A stretch of 61,420 bases of DNA, counting the filler, from Choristocarpus tenellus KU-1152 (Eukaryota > Protista > Phaeophyceae): assembly GCA_964200185.2 (NCBI GenBank). It is 12 parts of 12 records of this genome, joined end to end, with 100 filler letters (N's around TTAATTAATTAA, not from the genome) between each part and the next. Parts side by side here need not be neighbours in the genome. Positions count along the whole stretch, not along the records: positions 6,731 to 17,005 come from CAXNAD020003024.1; positions 17,106 to 20,739 come from CAXNAD020018831.1; positions 20,840 to 24,790 come from CAXNAD020016976.1; positions 24,891 to 28,012 come from CAXNAD020022168.1; 8 more parts are not named here. One strand, written 5' to 3'. The notes beneath the pieces were generated by a model. The model did no database searches. It saw nothing but the letters and a program-made list of their open reading frames with translations, and was not told where the DNA came from. The translations under genes were made by a program, and so were the position numbers. Below, in pieces: positions 14,501 through 27,994 of this stretch (its first letter is position 1; each line of letters starts with the position of its first letter).

Positions 14501-16088
14501 ACCAGAAGCCTGCACTAATTCCAACTTGTACCTAGAAGCTCTTCAGGAAGATCCTTGCAAACAGCCTCCCCATTCAGCAGCCTTTGCACAATAGGCAATA
14601 GATAAGCCAGGGTCTTGCCGGAACCAGTCTCTGCACCCACAATCAAATCCTCTCCGCTGAGTATGCCTGGGATTGCTGCCGCCTGTAGTTAACCACGGTA
14701 TGCTTGGAATTCAGGATAACATTCACACAAAAACCCTCATTCTGCCTGGGGTTGAGGGACAAGTCAATCAGGTAACAAGGAAGAGGTGAATAAACAAGGG
14801 CACCAACAAGATGCCACTCCTGTTCAACATTCAAATTATAGCTGTGCAAAATGCAACCTCGTCATTCCTTTCAGTTCTGCCGCAAGGACATAGTTCAATC
14901 ACCAATATCACCCACACCTGGATAGCAGTGGAATGCACCAAGCCCAAAGACTCCAGGTGAGAGCATAGTTCTGGACCGAGTCCTAGTGATAGAATAGTGA
15001 CATTATCATAAGTCATCAGGACCCCCGCCAGAAGCCAAAAGCGTACAGGATATAGAAGGGAAGGAAGCGAAGAGAGGATTAAGGGCACGGGAATCGAGGG
15101 GGGGGGAGCATCCTGGATTAAGTTAAGACCTGAGATTACAAAAATATAGTGGTTGGATTTTTCACCGAACGTCTCCGGAGCTGTGGACAAGGTGAGAGGG
15201 AAAGAAAGACAGCGATTGTTTCAATTCATTTAGGCAGTCCCCACTTGGAAAATATCAAAGCTTTGTGGTTCCTTCCTGCACCATACATACTTTCATAGTC
15301 ACAAATGCCAACACCGTGCTCCCTTACAAAATATTCCTGGTAGTCAGTATGGGGGAGAGAATCGTTCGACTTACTACTGTCCTTGCTTGGCTATCCTCGA
15401 TGCAATACAGAAAGCAATAAGAAGACACGGCAGTCGATGGAGCAGATAGGTCCACTCAGGGGTGGGCACAGTCTCGATGAATTCAGTAAGGTATGCACGA
15501 AAGATCTTGAATGCAACACCGTGGACCTTTCAATAGACACAATCACCGCATCCCATGACATTTCCTCACTCCGATCAGTTGCAGGCCCATGAGGTCTGTG
15601 GGATTAGGCTCACCTATCTCGTTGAAGCTCTTCTTGTCTCCAAAAAAAATAGCTTCTGCCTCAGGATCGACATCCAGGTCCTCAAGTCCTGAACTTTCCT
15701 CTATCCCCATATTTGACTCTGGCCACTTCGACTCACTAGGCGGAGACCACCCTGTTGGCATACTTTCCGCCAGTCTAGTACGACCACCATTTCCAGCCTT
15801 AACATCGAGGGACTTGTGAGATGTTGAGACCCAACGGGGGGATCCGATCAGCATTGACAGCATGGAGGGATCATAAGGAATAGCTCCCGCATATTGTCGA
15901 AGCCCCGAATGAGTAAACTGGGGTGGGATGAACGCAGCATTTCCTATACAGGATCTAGCTGTTGTCCTCCAACCAGCAAATGCTCTCCCTCCAAACAAGG
16001 CCACAGAACCTACCATACCAAAAGCCATTCGAGGGGCTCCAAGAATTCGCGAGGGCCCCTTCGCTGATGACCTTTGTCGCCTTGGCAT
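8593..16088 (-). CDS. DEAD-box ATP-dependent RNA helicase (RH22-like, probably organellar); 7 exons, 3' end missing
   Basis: Phase-consistent GT-AG exons: 15614-16088, 14918-14982 (Q motif ...STAIQ), 14532-14682 (motif I AETGSGKT), 13802-13872 (Ia VLVPNKELA), 12110-12173, 10796-10926 (Ib ILVCTP), 8593-8731 (II DEAD, then KTQY). The motif III and helicase-C exons were not found before the gap. Confidence 0.9.
11221..11456. repeat. 44-bp minisatellite, ~5.4 copies, intronic
   Basis: Unit TC(A/T)ACAAATCTAAACAGTATTAATACATTCTTCAAGATCAAACA, head-to-tail with no spacers. Confidence 0.95.
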
Positions 16089-16970
16089 GCGTTACAGTAG
16101 GTCAAAGAGAAACGCGTGAATCTTTCCTATAAACTGGTCAACTTGACCCACACACCCCCAGCCCCAAACCCATCTTGTTTTAGAGCAATCATGATGAGAG
16201 TACAAAAAGCAAATGATTGGTGGTTAAATGATTTCGAGATGAAATCGGAGACTTGTGAAATAGATATTCTAGATTTAAGAAATGGAGAAATTACTACTCC
16301 GATTTATTTCTCTCCTTCTCGTCCGAAATCGGTGTTGTCAGTACTCATAATGGGTAGTGACTACCCAATGTCCTCACCAAAGGCTTAAAAAGACGGTGGG
16401 ACTGGAAGCGGTAGTGGAGATGAAGGCGCGCGGGGGGGGTGAAGTAAATCGAGTTCTAATGAAGCAACTCCAGAATAGGACGTTGTAGTTGATGTTGAGC
16501 TCCCTTCGATGGGTGTACCATCCACTGGTTGAACAAAGGTGATGAGAAACATTACAATCGCTGAAGTTCCAGTTTCCGTGCTTTTGTTGCGGTTTCTAAG
16601 TACTATCCACATTTGTTAGGATACATGGATTACGTGCTTTAGTTGTGGTTTCTACGTATCTATAATTGTTGGGATATAAGGATGCATAGAACATCTTGAA
16701 TTGTCAGTAATTGTTCATTGTTGACTTGTCCCTCTGTGCCAGCTATGCCTCTCTGTGTGCGTATTAACGAATTCACTATCATTGTCATTGGACTGACGTC
16801 TGACACCATGCTATGGTCCGGCATCTACAACCTTCAGGGAGCAGTTATGTCTTAACCAGTTGAGGCACAGTCATGGGTGGTGAGCATGATACAAAGACAG
16901 TAAAAAGCATACTTCAATAAAGTTGGAGGTACTCACAAAGAATCAGGTTCAGAATATGAAAAATGGGACT

Positions 16971-17005
16971 GACCCAAAGTATCTGGGAGGGGAGGGGGTT
17001 CTACA
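16971..17005 (+). mobile_element. MITE family B end (truncated by gap)
   Basis: GACCCAAAGTATCTGGGAGGGG...TCTACA. Confidence 0.7.
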
Positions 17006-19766
17006 NNNNNNNNNNNNNNNNNNNNNNNNNNNNNNNNNNNNNNNNNNNNTTAATTAATTAANNNNNNNNNNNNNNNNNNNNNNNNNNNNNNNNNNNNNNN
17101 NNNNNACCTCTGGGCAGGGGAAATGACTCCAGGCGACATACAGATTTACACGCCAATAGCCCTGCCCTTGGTATGTGTTCAGCACTACGCTATAGCTTGG
17201 CATCATCACCAAAAAATGGAATTGAAAGATCATACGCTGCAGCAACACAACAGTTCCAAAACTTCCCCCCCTTGGTTCTTTACCGTCTATACTTCATACC
17301 TTAGTTCCCAACATGTTCAGCGTTCACTCTCTCTTGAGAAATGACGTAATCAAGTACAGTCCAGATCAACACAAGATTCACAACCCCCTCCGACACAAAT
17401 CAAACTAACTCTAAGAACTCTAACTCTAAGAGACTGCGTGGCCTTGGGCAACGTTTAACTTTTATGACACAACAAGGTGAACGAACGCTTTGTGCTAATC
17501 AAGTTGCACAAGGTGTTACGGACACTAACACAACACATGTCACATACGCTTTTGTCTTGAAACTCATAACACAGCCTTGAGTGTTATGTTGTGTGTTGTG
17601 AGGTGAAAAGGTTGGTTGTGTTACCTACATGCAACCTTCATCAAACTCTCTGTTTGTTTCAGGAATAATAACAATATTAATGAATATAATATCAATATAA
17701 TAACATGATGATGGAGATATATACAAGTCTTCATCTTGTCAACTTCTTGGAAAAATTGTTCTGATCCTAGATTCTGATCGGACTTGCCAGGAGACCCCTG
17801 AAACTATTTTCATTGTTCACAATATTGGCAGAGAAAGTAAATTGGTAAGAACTGTCACTACCAAGTCACTGGTTAGGTCCATTTTGTCAGGTTCTTGTTT
17901 CAGAAAACTAGATCACCAATCTCCTAGATGAGGCAGGGCTGGGAAAGATGTCATACATTTTCAAATCTACAGGGAAACTCTTCCTCGTGAGATAACAAGG
18001 TTCAAAGTTTTCGCTCTCAACAACGCCTCTGAGCCACTCTGGGTCACTCTGTAGCGACGTGAGTCCAGACTATCTGGCACTCTGGTGACTGAGGGCGGAC
18101 TCTGTCTTGTGTGGTCCAATCTATGCATCACTTTACTTGAGGTCAAGGCAGAATAGTACCATAGATCACATACTGACTTCTTCTTTGAGGTGGGTGATGT
18201 TACTCCCACTGACCTACGAATCATCACATGTCTTGGGTCCATTCCCATTAGTTCAGGACAATACTGGGACAACTATGACCTGAAATGTCTCAGTTTATCA
18301 CGGTTGAATTTCAAAAATAGCCTTTGTTGGAATACTCTCATAAAAAGACCATGATGAACATGCTTCTTGTTCCACCTCCCGCTTCCAAAAAAAATCTTGG
18401 ACAGGCAGGTTGCTTGCCCCAGATTCAACTGTGAACTCTACTGTGTTACCTGGAGCATGATGTGATTGCACAACCAACAATCAAATTTTACGTTGGCCTC
18501 GACGTCTTCGACATGGCTCATCAACCCACCCCTAACTTTCCTACTGCACAGTTCATTAAAAGCAAAAAAAAATTCATACCATTGAACACTCGAAAGAAGG
18601 TATACCTTCTGAAAGAGCCCCTGAAGCGCAACCATCACAGTCTTCCAGGCTTCATTCTGCTGCCTTACAGCCACACGATACTGCATGTCCAGCAGCCATA
18701 CATCCTTCTGATGGTTATCCTTTTCCAGCTGGAGCTTTTCACCAGCCACCTTTCACACCATAAATTTGAAGGGCAGCGAGAGAGGGTAGTGTACTAGGGA
18801 GTGAAATGAGGGGTTGCCAGAAGCTGCATGTTTGAGACTCTGTGAAGGAAAGAAAATTGACTGGGGGATGATTGAGAAGACTATGGGGGGAGGGGGAAGA
18901 CTGTTGGGGAAGGGAGTAAGACCTAATTAATAGGGCATTTGGTTCTTTTGGTTCTTTTTACCTGTAAAAACAAAGAACCAAGAGGAGAGGATGGATAACT
19001 CACACATTTGAGGCGTTTGCTTCACAAGCAACAAAAAATAAGCCATCCAAAGGGGGTAAGTTAAAGAAGGCTGACCAGATCTCACCTCCTGCACTTCTGA
19101 GTAGGCGTTGTGTGTGTGGTGGTCAATGTTCTGTAGGGTGCGGAGGCAAGCATCTCCTTCACTCAGGTACTCATTGAATCTTGTGTGAGTGTCCTTTGCC
19201 ATCGACTGCAGACCATGCGCACACACCAGCCAGCATATAAATGCATTGACAAAAAATAATAAGGTAAGTATCGGTAGAGCTGGACTAAACACCATTGCCA
19301 ACTAAAAGGGTCAGGTAAGACATTTTGCCACTGGCAAGGGGAATGGGGAGGTTTGCAACACAGGTTGAGCACACTGATGAGGGCTCAACACAAACCACTG
19401 CTAGCTGTGCTTCACACTTGAATGAAGGTAGCATCAGAACTCCCACACCACTTAGGTGTTCAATTTTTCTACTGCCAGCCACTCCCACACCTATAGCATC
19501 TTGTGATTGACCCCAAAACATCTACATTTTGTTCAACCACAAAAAAGCAATTCCCCCCCCCCCCCCCCCCTTCAATCCTAGGCCCCTATACCACTATCCC
19601 CTCAACTTGCTTCAGGAACTATCCACAGTTGAAAAAAAAGAAGTCAACACGCCTTCTCCTATGTCCAACACCTCACCCCACCACTACATCCAGTTTACTC
19701 CACCCAGTGACACCACCTCCAGACCCCACAACTCCTTGATCTTACACCACAGTAACAACATGCAAA

Positions 19767-19790
19767 ACCCTAACCCTAACCCTAACCCTA
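19767..19790. repeat. Interstitial telomere-like (CCCTAA)n
   Basis: Four tandem ACCCTA units. Shorter arrays at ~7645, 9863, 11013, 12652, 27926 and 58315. Confidence 0.7.
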
Positions 19791-19960
19791 AGAAGACAAG
19801 AAACACCAATAACTAGTACTGGTCTGAGTATAGCTTTTAAGAAAAAGAAAAAGCCACTACAACAGTAGCAAAGCTAGCGGCGCCAACACCAGCAAAAGTA
19901 ACACAAAACCCAGCACTCAGATGCGTAAATTATGCACAGGCGTGCAAACAGCACACTTAC

Positions 19961-20171
19961 ACGAAGAGCACCGTGGAGGTGGTCCTTCTCAATGGCATCA
20001 CAAAGATCATCCAGAGCCTTGGCAACGCCACAGTCCACCTCAGCAACTTCCATGGCTGCCTTAATCGTTCCGTTTGGCACCTTGATCTCACCCATCGAGC
20101 TGCCGTGCTTGGAAGATGCCCCCGTCGGGAGGGCCTGTCCTTTGGCCTTGCTAGCCCTCTCCTTGTCACAC
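19961..20171 (-). CDS. Isolated coding-like exon, unknown protein
   Basis: Pyrimidine tract plus AAG acceptor, GTAAGT donor, and 70 open GC-rich codons (CDKERASKAKGQ...ALDDLCDAIEKDHLHGALR). Confidence 0.4.
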
Positions 20172-20641
20172 CTTTGTAATGGGGAGAGGAGAAAGGTTGA
20201 ACACTATATATGTATGTATATTATTTCTCTCTCTATCTTGAAGTGGCAGGGAAGCCTCCATTCACAGAATAGTATCCAAGATGGTTTTATGTGTGCCTGT
20301 ACGGAGAGGTCTTCTTGAGGCACAAGGAAGTAAGAGACAAAGAACAGGTCTAACCAACCCTCTTTTGTCCAGGTGTATAAATGTAACTGAAAATGACCTG
20401 TCGCAACACTTGGGTTGTATTTTGTTTTTTTTAACAGCATCTCTACCGGGATAAACAACACAATCAACGCAACTCCTTTTCCATTTCCTCACCTAAATCC
20501 GCCCTATGAACATTCCACACTCATACATTCCTAGGCCGTCAAGGATGTACAGGCAAGCACTTCTCTCTTGAACCCTTCAACACACCATATATAAATAATC
20601 ATATAAGACAAGCAACTCATGGCATGCAATGCATTCCAAAC

Positions 20642-20679
<38 letters not shown>

Positions 20680-23600
20680 ACCCACCCAAAAAAAAAAAAA
20701 ACAAAAAAACACCCAAAACCACAACACCACCCAACAACANNNNNNNNNNNNNNNNNNNNNNNNNNNNNNNNNNNNNNNNNNNNTTAATTAATTAANNNNN
20801 NNNNNNNNNNNNNNNNNNNNNNNNNNNNNNNNNNNNNNNCTCTATTCGCCTGTAACAACAGGACGTACTGTCTCTAAGTCACCATAACTACCTTCAATGT
20901 TGCCTGGTTGATATTTTCCTTTATCGATATTGTTTTATGCTTTTGCGTCCTTCGTTCGTTTTCCTTATTATGTTTCTCTTACATTTTGTGGGTGATGATG
21001 GTCTTTGTCTTTTGTCGGTTCTATTCTTCTTTTTTGGTTTCTTTTCTTTTCTTTTCTTTTCGATTCTTTCACTGATTTGTTTTTTTTTTCCATCTGACCT
21101 TTTCTCAACGAATGCGTATTACTTTCTTTGAACTATTTTTAGAACTACGAATGGAACTGTGTTCCCTCGTCTATTAATGTGATAGTAAGATACATGATAA
21201 TGAAAAAGGATATATTTTTTTAGCTATATTGTTGCTTTTTCGTTTGTCGAATCTGTTTTGTTGTTTGCTTTATTGAGGTCAACAAGTCGGGGTATGCATA
21301 AAGTCATGAGGGAGAAAGTCTTTATATATATAGTAGTCCTCACTCATCTGTAAATATACACACACAACGATCACAAACTACACCAAATATATATATATAT
21401 ATGCAAATGTTATTATTCCTTAAGGTGTTCCAAGAGATGTGCATTCCCTTCTTTGGACAATTTCTTCCACAGTCCGTCTAGAAACAATTGAACAATAATA
21501 ATACTAATATATCTCTTTTGAACATTCTAGTACATTTCTACTACAGCTGTCCTGTTCGAAATGCAAAATCGATCGCAATCAGTCTCCAAAAATAAATTTT
21601 GATGATATCATAGAATTTTGAGTTCCTTAAGCCTGACTATTTATTCGTTGGTGAGAACATAGACGAAACTTCCCTATGTGGATAAAAATAACTGCCGCTT
21701 TGTTCCCGAAATTCCCCGTCATTCCACTCACCACTATAACTCAATTTCCCACTAAATCCTAATCCTTGCGCTGCCGACAACAACACCGATCCAGGCTGCC
21801 ATCAGCATATCCACTCTCCAAACACTCCGCATTCATCCACCTCCCTCCTACTACACTGAACCTTTGAATGAACTAGTCTAGAAAGACTTACGTCTACCCC
21901 GACGTAGCTTGATCTCCCAATTGATAGTAGATGGCTACGTAGTTCCTTTTTACCCTAATCCAAGATATCTTCCGTCGATCCTGTTGACTCCCACATGGGG
22001 TCCCTCCGATTAGCCCTTATATGCACCCTGAAGGATCAATTTCTGGTGCTCCCGTCATTGACATCCTGGTCGCCACTTCTATCTTCCCAGAGTGTAAGAC
22101 GTACCCTTCTGGATTCAGTCCCAATTTCCCTACCACCCTTATCAGCGCAAGGGATGCTTGGCTCCTTGTAATCATTCTCCATCTTGCATCATCTTATTAC
22201 GTCACCATGGGAAGAATCAATTTCAGGGCTGGGTACCATTCCATACTTGCTTGTCATTACTACTTTATTACCACCAATCTCCCCTTCATTATCCTGTGAC
22301 CTTGAACCCTGTTGGTAATGTTGCATCCTTCCTACCTTGATCCCCCTTTCATTCTGAAAATAGTACCTCCACCTTGTCTACCATGCATCTCCTATCCCAA
22401 TCCAACTTCATCATAACAACCCCTTTTATAAATTCCACGCTCCATTTCCTCATTGCAAAATCTCCTTCTTCTGCTCCACTTCCTTCCTAACTCAACATTT
22501 TCGATGAGCACGCTTCCTCAAAAAGAATGATTGAAACCAAGCCCCAAACTAGTTAATTCTCCTGCAAAAAAACATCCCTTCACACACTGTCTAGTTTCTA
22601 CAAAGGACGCTTCAAGTCAGAGGTCTCCTTTACCTAGGACATGTCCCCAACTTTGCAAGACTTCTCGCTATCCCTTTTGGCACCGAAGAAAGGAAAGACC
22701 ACTTTGTTGGCAAACATAAATTCAGAACGTGCCTGTGGAAATATCAAATTGTAAGAATCCTGCTTCTTATAGTATCAACTTGATTGCCCTCACTACCACA
22801 ATAACACCATCTAGACCTACAGACCTACAAGAGCTTCACAAAGTTCTTCCAACTCTTTAACACCCAAGTCCTAGCCACCGTTTCCAACCCCCTTCACAAT
22901 CCCCCTTTCCGTAGAGAGTAATCGGTTGTCTGGCGTACTTGGCTGCAGTGCACACTCAAAAACAGTGACATTCCGTCCTGTCCCAGTTGACAGTTTGGAT
23001 CTGGTCTTTTTCACACATAGGAATGCCTTCTGCAAACACGTTATTCTTGCTTGGTAAATGCTTTACTTAAAAGGACCACTACCCTGCCATATCTAACACA
23101 CCCATAATTTGCACCAACCCCCTTGCTCTCGTATATTTTCAAATGCTCCCCCAAACTTTCTGAATAAGTAAATACTGGGTCTTCGTTGGCCATACCCTGC
23201 CCTCCCACAGCACTACTAGAAGTAATGCATTTACTGAGACAGAAGAAACGAGAGGTACCCAGGTTTTGGCCGCTTTGTATTAGAAGCCAGCTTTTCAATC
23301 TGTTGAAACTCACCCATATTTCTATGGATGTGAAGTGCTTAGATTAATTTGAGATAGGGTTGATTTCTCCATTGTTTGAAACCTTTTCGACACAATTCGG
23401 AATATATCTTCTAGACGTTTATAGTAAGGCCAAACTTGAGACATAATCGCCAGCACCCTTAAAATGCAACTCTGGTTCAGTTTGACTCACTACCATTCTC
23501 AACAATTTTAGGACGTTAATAGATATTCCTGTCTTATCTTTCCTTCGCAGCACTTAAGCTCTACACAGCTCTCTACTGTTACAGGTTGGAAGTCTCGGTA

Positions 23601-24642
23601 GGACCTCCATGCTACAGTGTGCCCCCCAGAACTCACCTCCACAGGATATGCAACTCAAATCCAACGACCTTAAAACAATGCTATGGGAACGTTGCCCTCG
23701 ATAACAGTTTGTAGGGTGTCGGGTATCCTTCTCTCTTGATATTCCACTCAGTGCTTAGCTCAAAGCTCGACTCGCAGTTTCGTTCAAGATAAAAAGTAAG
23801 GACTGAAGGTAAGAGGGGTGATGGTTTTGACCAAAGCCCTCTTATTATTTTCATCATCCACCCAATCTCTTTGGTCTTCTATGCAACTGCTCTACACGTA
23901 CTCCGATCATAAACCTTTATTCTACAACTTCTTGGGGACTTTGATATTTTCTTCTGTAATGCTACGTATGCATTCCGAATCTTACTTTATATCTTCTACG
24001 AAATCATAATTTATTCTGTAAAGGCTACCTATGTGTGTTACTAATATCATATATTATTCGCACTTGTTAGAACGCAAGAAACAACCCTCGCACTATACGT
24101 CTGTCGTAAATGTTCGTGTTTGCTAATACATGAGAAGATATGCTCGCGCTATTCGCCTGTAATACTACATCCCTCTCAACACTATCCACTAAATCGTGCC
24201 TGCTCCATTCCTTGTTCTTCGGCGTACCTTCCACTGGTGTAAGGCATACATCACATACGAATGTCGTCATTGGTGAGCGTAGAGCAAAACTCATAAAGAG
24301 GCACTCAGATTATCCCCAACCTCTAACAGTCCCCACTCCACCATACATCTCCACCATACATCTCCACCATACATCTCCACCAATATAGATATTCGCTCTA
24401 AACTCCTCTCCCATCCTTTCTCGTCTATCTCTGACCTTAGCTCTGTACCCATTTCTCCCCCTCACCTCTTCCTTCCCCTGTCCTGTTCAGCCAATCTCCC
24501 TTTTCCTGTACTCCTGACAGGTAGATCGGCCGCCATAAGAAAACCGGCCAGAGGACGGATAACTTACTACGTATGAAACAACTTTCCAATCAAACATCAA
24601 AACACACACATCCTGCACTGTTGCGACTCTCTCATCTCCAGT

Positions 24643-24957
24643 GGCTCTAAGTATCTGTGTGTGTGTGGTGGCTGTCCATCGGGACCAATTTTTTCCCTGT
24701 CGCGATTTTTGGGAGATTTGGCTGCATACGTTCGATGGACAATGTAAGTGCACTTTTTCTGGTTATGGGTCCAAAGTATCTGGGAGGGGGNNNNNNNNNN
24801 NNNNNNNNNNNNNNNNNNNNNNNNNNNNNNNNNNTTAATTAATTAANNNNNNNNNNNNNNNNNNNNNNNNNNNNNNNNNNNNNNNNNNNNAAAATCGCGA
24901 CATGAAAAAATTGACCCCAAATGGACAACCGCCACCCCCCCCCAGACACTTTAAGCC
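24643..24957. mobile_element. MITE family B pieces on both sides of a gap (includes a B end nested in B)
   Basis: An inverted copy starts GGCTCTAAGTATCTG at 24643, a second terminus GGTCCAAAGTATCTGGG lies at ~24768, and a right end CAGACACTTTAAGCC falls at 24957. Confidence 0.7.
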
Positions 24958-26435
24958 TCTGTTTACTTGTTATGTTAAGGTCTACAACCACAAACACCGT
25001 GACACTCCAGAAAAATAATGAACAAAAAACATCTCGAGACATGCCATACACTTCAAGCTAGACACACTAGGCAGATTAGAAGATCGGCAAGAAGGGGCCT
25101 GTCAAATTCCTGGGATACTTCCCTAGGTCCTCTCCCCCACATTCATAGGGCTAGGCTAGGTTAGAAGCATAGCAATGTACACACTACTTTGTAGATACTA
25201 ACCTTTACGGGAGGATTGTTGTTTTGTAAATTTCAAATAGTACGTATATATGTTCTTGAGAGGTATGTAAGGCAATAACGACCATCGTTATCTATATATA
25301 GGAGTCCTTGTGACACACCTTTGGTTTTCCCCTGACAAATTTGGAAAATGCCAGAGGGCATAATAATGAAAGACTAGAAACAACATATTTGGACCAAATA
25401 CATGTCATACATTCAATACATCCATACTACTGAGGACTACTGGATGCTGGAATTACCATATATCTATGGTACGCTACAGCATGGTTTATACCAAAGGTCC
25501 TGAATTATAAAGTACAGTTCTCTTACACTTAACAGCATTTCAGGCATATGACCATAGTATGGTAAGGTTGTGTTTACCTTGAATCTTTTGCACAACCATG
25601 GTATAGCTGCAGAATTTGTGAACTTTCCATGGTGTAGTATGGTAGTGATTACTGTTGTCAAAATGCTGCAGCAGCACAGCAAACTATTGTCTCAGTACCA
25701 CGATGAGCCTTGGAAATATCAACTCTCTAGCTAGTAGACAATGGCGATGCTTGTGCTGTCTGTCCATGAGAAGATTTTGAAGTCAACACTAAAAGCTCTG
25801 TGGATATGCTGCTACCTTCACACATCTGAGGAGTACACTACATTAGGAGGACTGCACTCAGTATATAAACAGGGGGATCTATTACACAGTCGTGTAGCAC
25901 AAAAATAGCAATTGGAATGGTGATGTAGACCCCACTTCTTCCACCTTCAGTCTGAAATGTATTACACCACCTTCCTTAAGCCAAAGTGTCAAAAACAATC
26001 ATTACACAAACATCTCCTAGAGTGACCAGATATAGTTGTAGCACGCTACTACACAAAAAGTGCAGTCATAGGCAACTATCCCTTGCAAGGAAACAGGCAA
26101 TGCACCATCACAATCAAAATGTTTACGCTAACCCCAACAAATCAAGGCAGGAAGTCCAAGAACATACACAGTACTCCACTTACACCATACAGACAGGAGC
26201 TGAAATACTGCAAGAACCACTCCGAGAAGATCACTGATACAGACCTCATCTCACCCCAGTTGCCAACCAGCCACGAGAGAGAAAAAATCCCACAGAGAGA
26301 GAGAGAGAGAGAGACAATATAACATCCCTGGTACAACTAATACGAATTCCAGACTACTCAAACCTATACTCTACCTTCCATTCCTGTGGAACCCCTTGCT
26401 ACTGCCCATCACCAAGGACGTCGCCAAACCGTTGC

Positions 26436-27897
26436 CTACATGGAATAGAAGTTGTGCTCTTTATCAGCTTTATTGACGGCCTTTTTGTAGGCCTTGTCGA
26501 AGTCCTTTCCGAGCACCACATACCTGTTTTCACGTACTGCCTGTAACCCTGCTTCTTGGCAGATCGCTGATATATCAGCAGCACTGATCTTTTCCGGCCT
26601 GTTGACATAATCCTCCATATCCACCTCCTACACAACCAACACAGATACAAGATACAACAGGTTCACACACAAAAAACATACGGCACAAGTTGTACATGTC
26701 TATATTCAAGCTTTGATGTTGTGTTGTGTTCTGTTATTTCCTGCTACACTGTATTACTTCCTGTGCATTATTTTGTGCTTCTGTTGTGTTACTCTCTCTC
26801 CGGCGAGCAAAAGAAACAAGCAATTAACCCTATAACCCTAAAACCATGTATACTCCTGTTCCCATCTGAGAGCAATTTCGACTAAAACTAAATGACATAG
26901 ACAAAAACTCCAAGTGATCAAATTGAACAGCAAGCACACGAGGCAATACATCGCAAACCTACAACAGCAGGCACACAGGTCTCAGTGAGCAGACAGACAC
27001 AAAAGCAATGAATACTGATACGAGCAGTGAGTTGTGGGTAGCGACACCTTGACATGTACTGACATGAACTGATACGAACACAACACGTGTTTCTGTGACC
27101 TCTGGTGAGTTCATTGGTCACACACGAAAAAAACAACTCATGTTATCTATTTCACCAGTGGTGCCTATAGTGTATCAGCAGCTCTATCCATGAACAGTGC
27201 CAAGAGCAGTGGGACAGGTACACCAGCATTTTTTTCTTTCTTTCTATTTTCTGAAGGGAACGGACCACAGGAAAATAAAACCTTTACGAGGCCGTCAATA
27301 ATACTCCATCATCCTCATATCCTGGGTTCTGAATGGATGTTCATGAAACAGCAACCCATACACAACAGTTGCAGCATGAGCCGTACGACACCTCCTCTTC
27401 CATCAACCGATCTTTTGACTAGTACACCCAATACTTGGGCAATATGCACTACACTACTGCTAGAAATAAAAAAAAATTATATTACCTATCAGTATAGTCC
27501 AAAAAACTTCCCCAGGAAAAAAAATAATTATCACCGACTTTTTTTTTGACATGTTGGAATCTAAATTAAATTACAAAAAAATTCTAGAACGAAAGAAAAA
27601 AATTAAATTATTCTTATTCTGTATGCTTTTAATGGTTCCATATTCTTTTAAAAAATCAATAGGTCCTCCCACACCCACTGAACCGATACTCTATTTATAT
27701 TCTCTCGTTCGTTCCAAGGTCTATTAATTAATACGGAGAGGCCTCACCTCACTAAGGTTCATCTTTGCAGTAGATGCTGCAAACACCATGCGCTTCTGCC
27801 GCCTGTCGGGTGTTGGGAACTCTATCTTCCGATCGAGACGACCAGGCCGCAACAAAGCAGGGTCGAGCGTGTCTGCCCGGTTTGTTGCCATAATTAC
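26436..27897 (-). CDS. RPT3: 26S proteasome AAA-ATPase subunit RPT3 (PSMC4/6B), last two exons
   Basis: Exons 27748-27897 ([28 protein letters not shown]) and 26436-26627 ([38 protein letters not shown]...FYSM*), phase 0, GT-AG. The 5' exons are lost at the gap. Confidence 0.93.
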
Positions 27898-27963
27898 CTG
27901 CAAGGTGAGTGAGTGAGTGAGAGTTGGGGTTAGGGTTACCACACAAAAGGGGTCAAAGTATCT

Positions 27964-27994
<31 letters not shown>

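Noticed and set aside
21600-24400. Possible LINE or retroelement remnant
   Set aside because: Strand-skewed and stop-riddled, with no diagnostic RT or endonuclease motif recognised.
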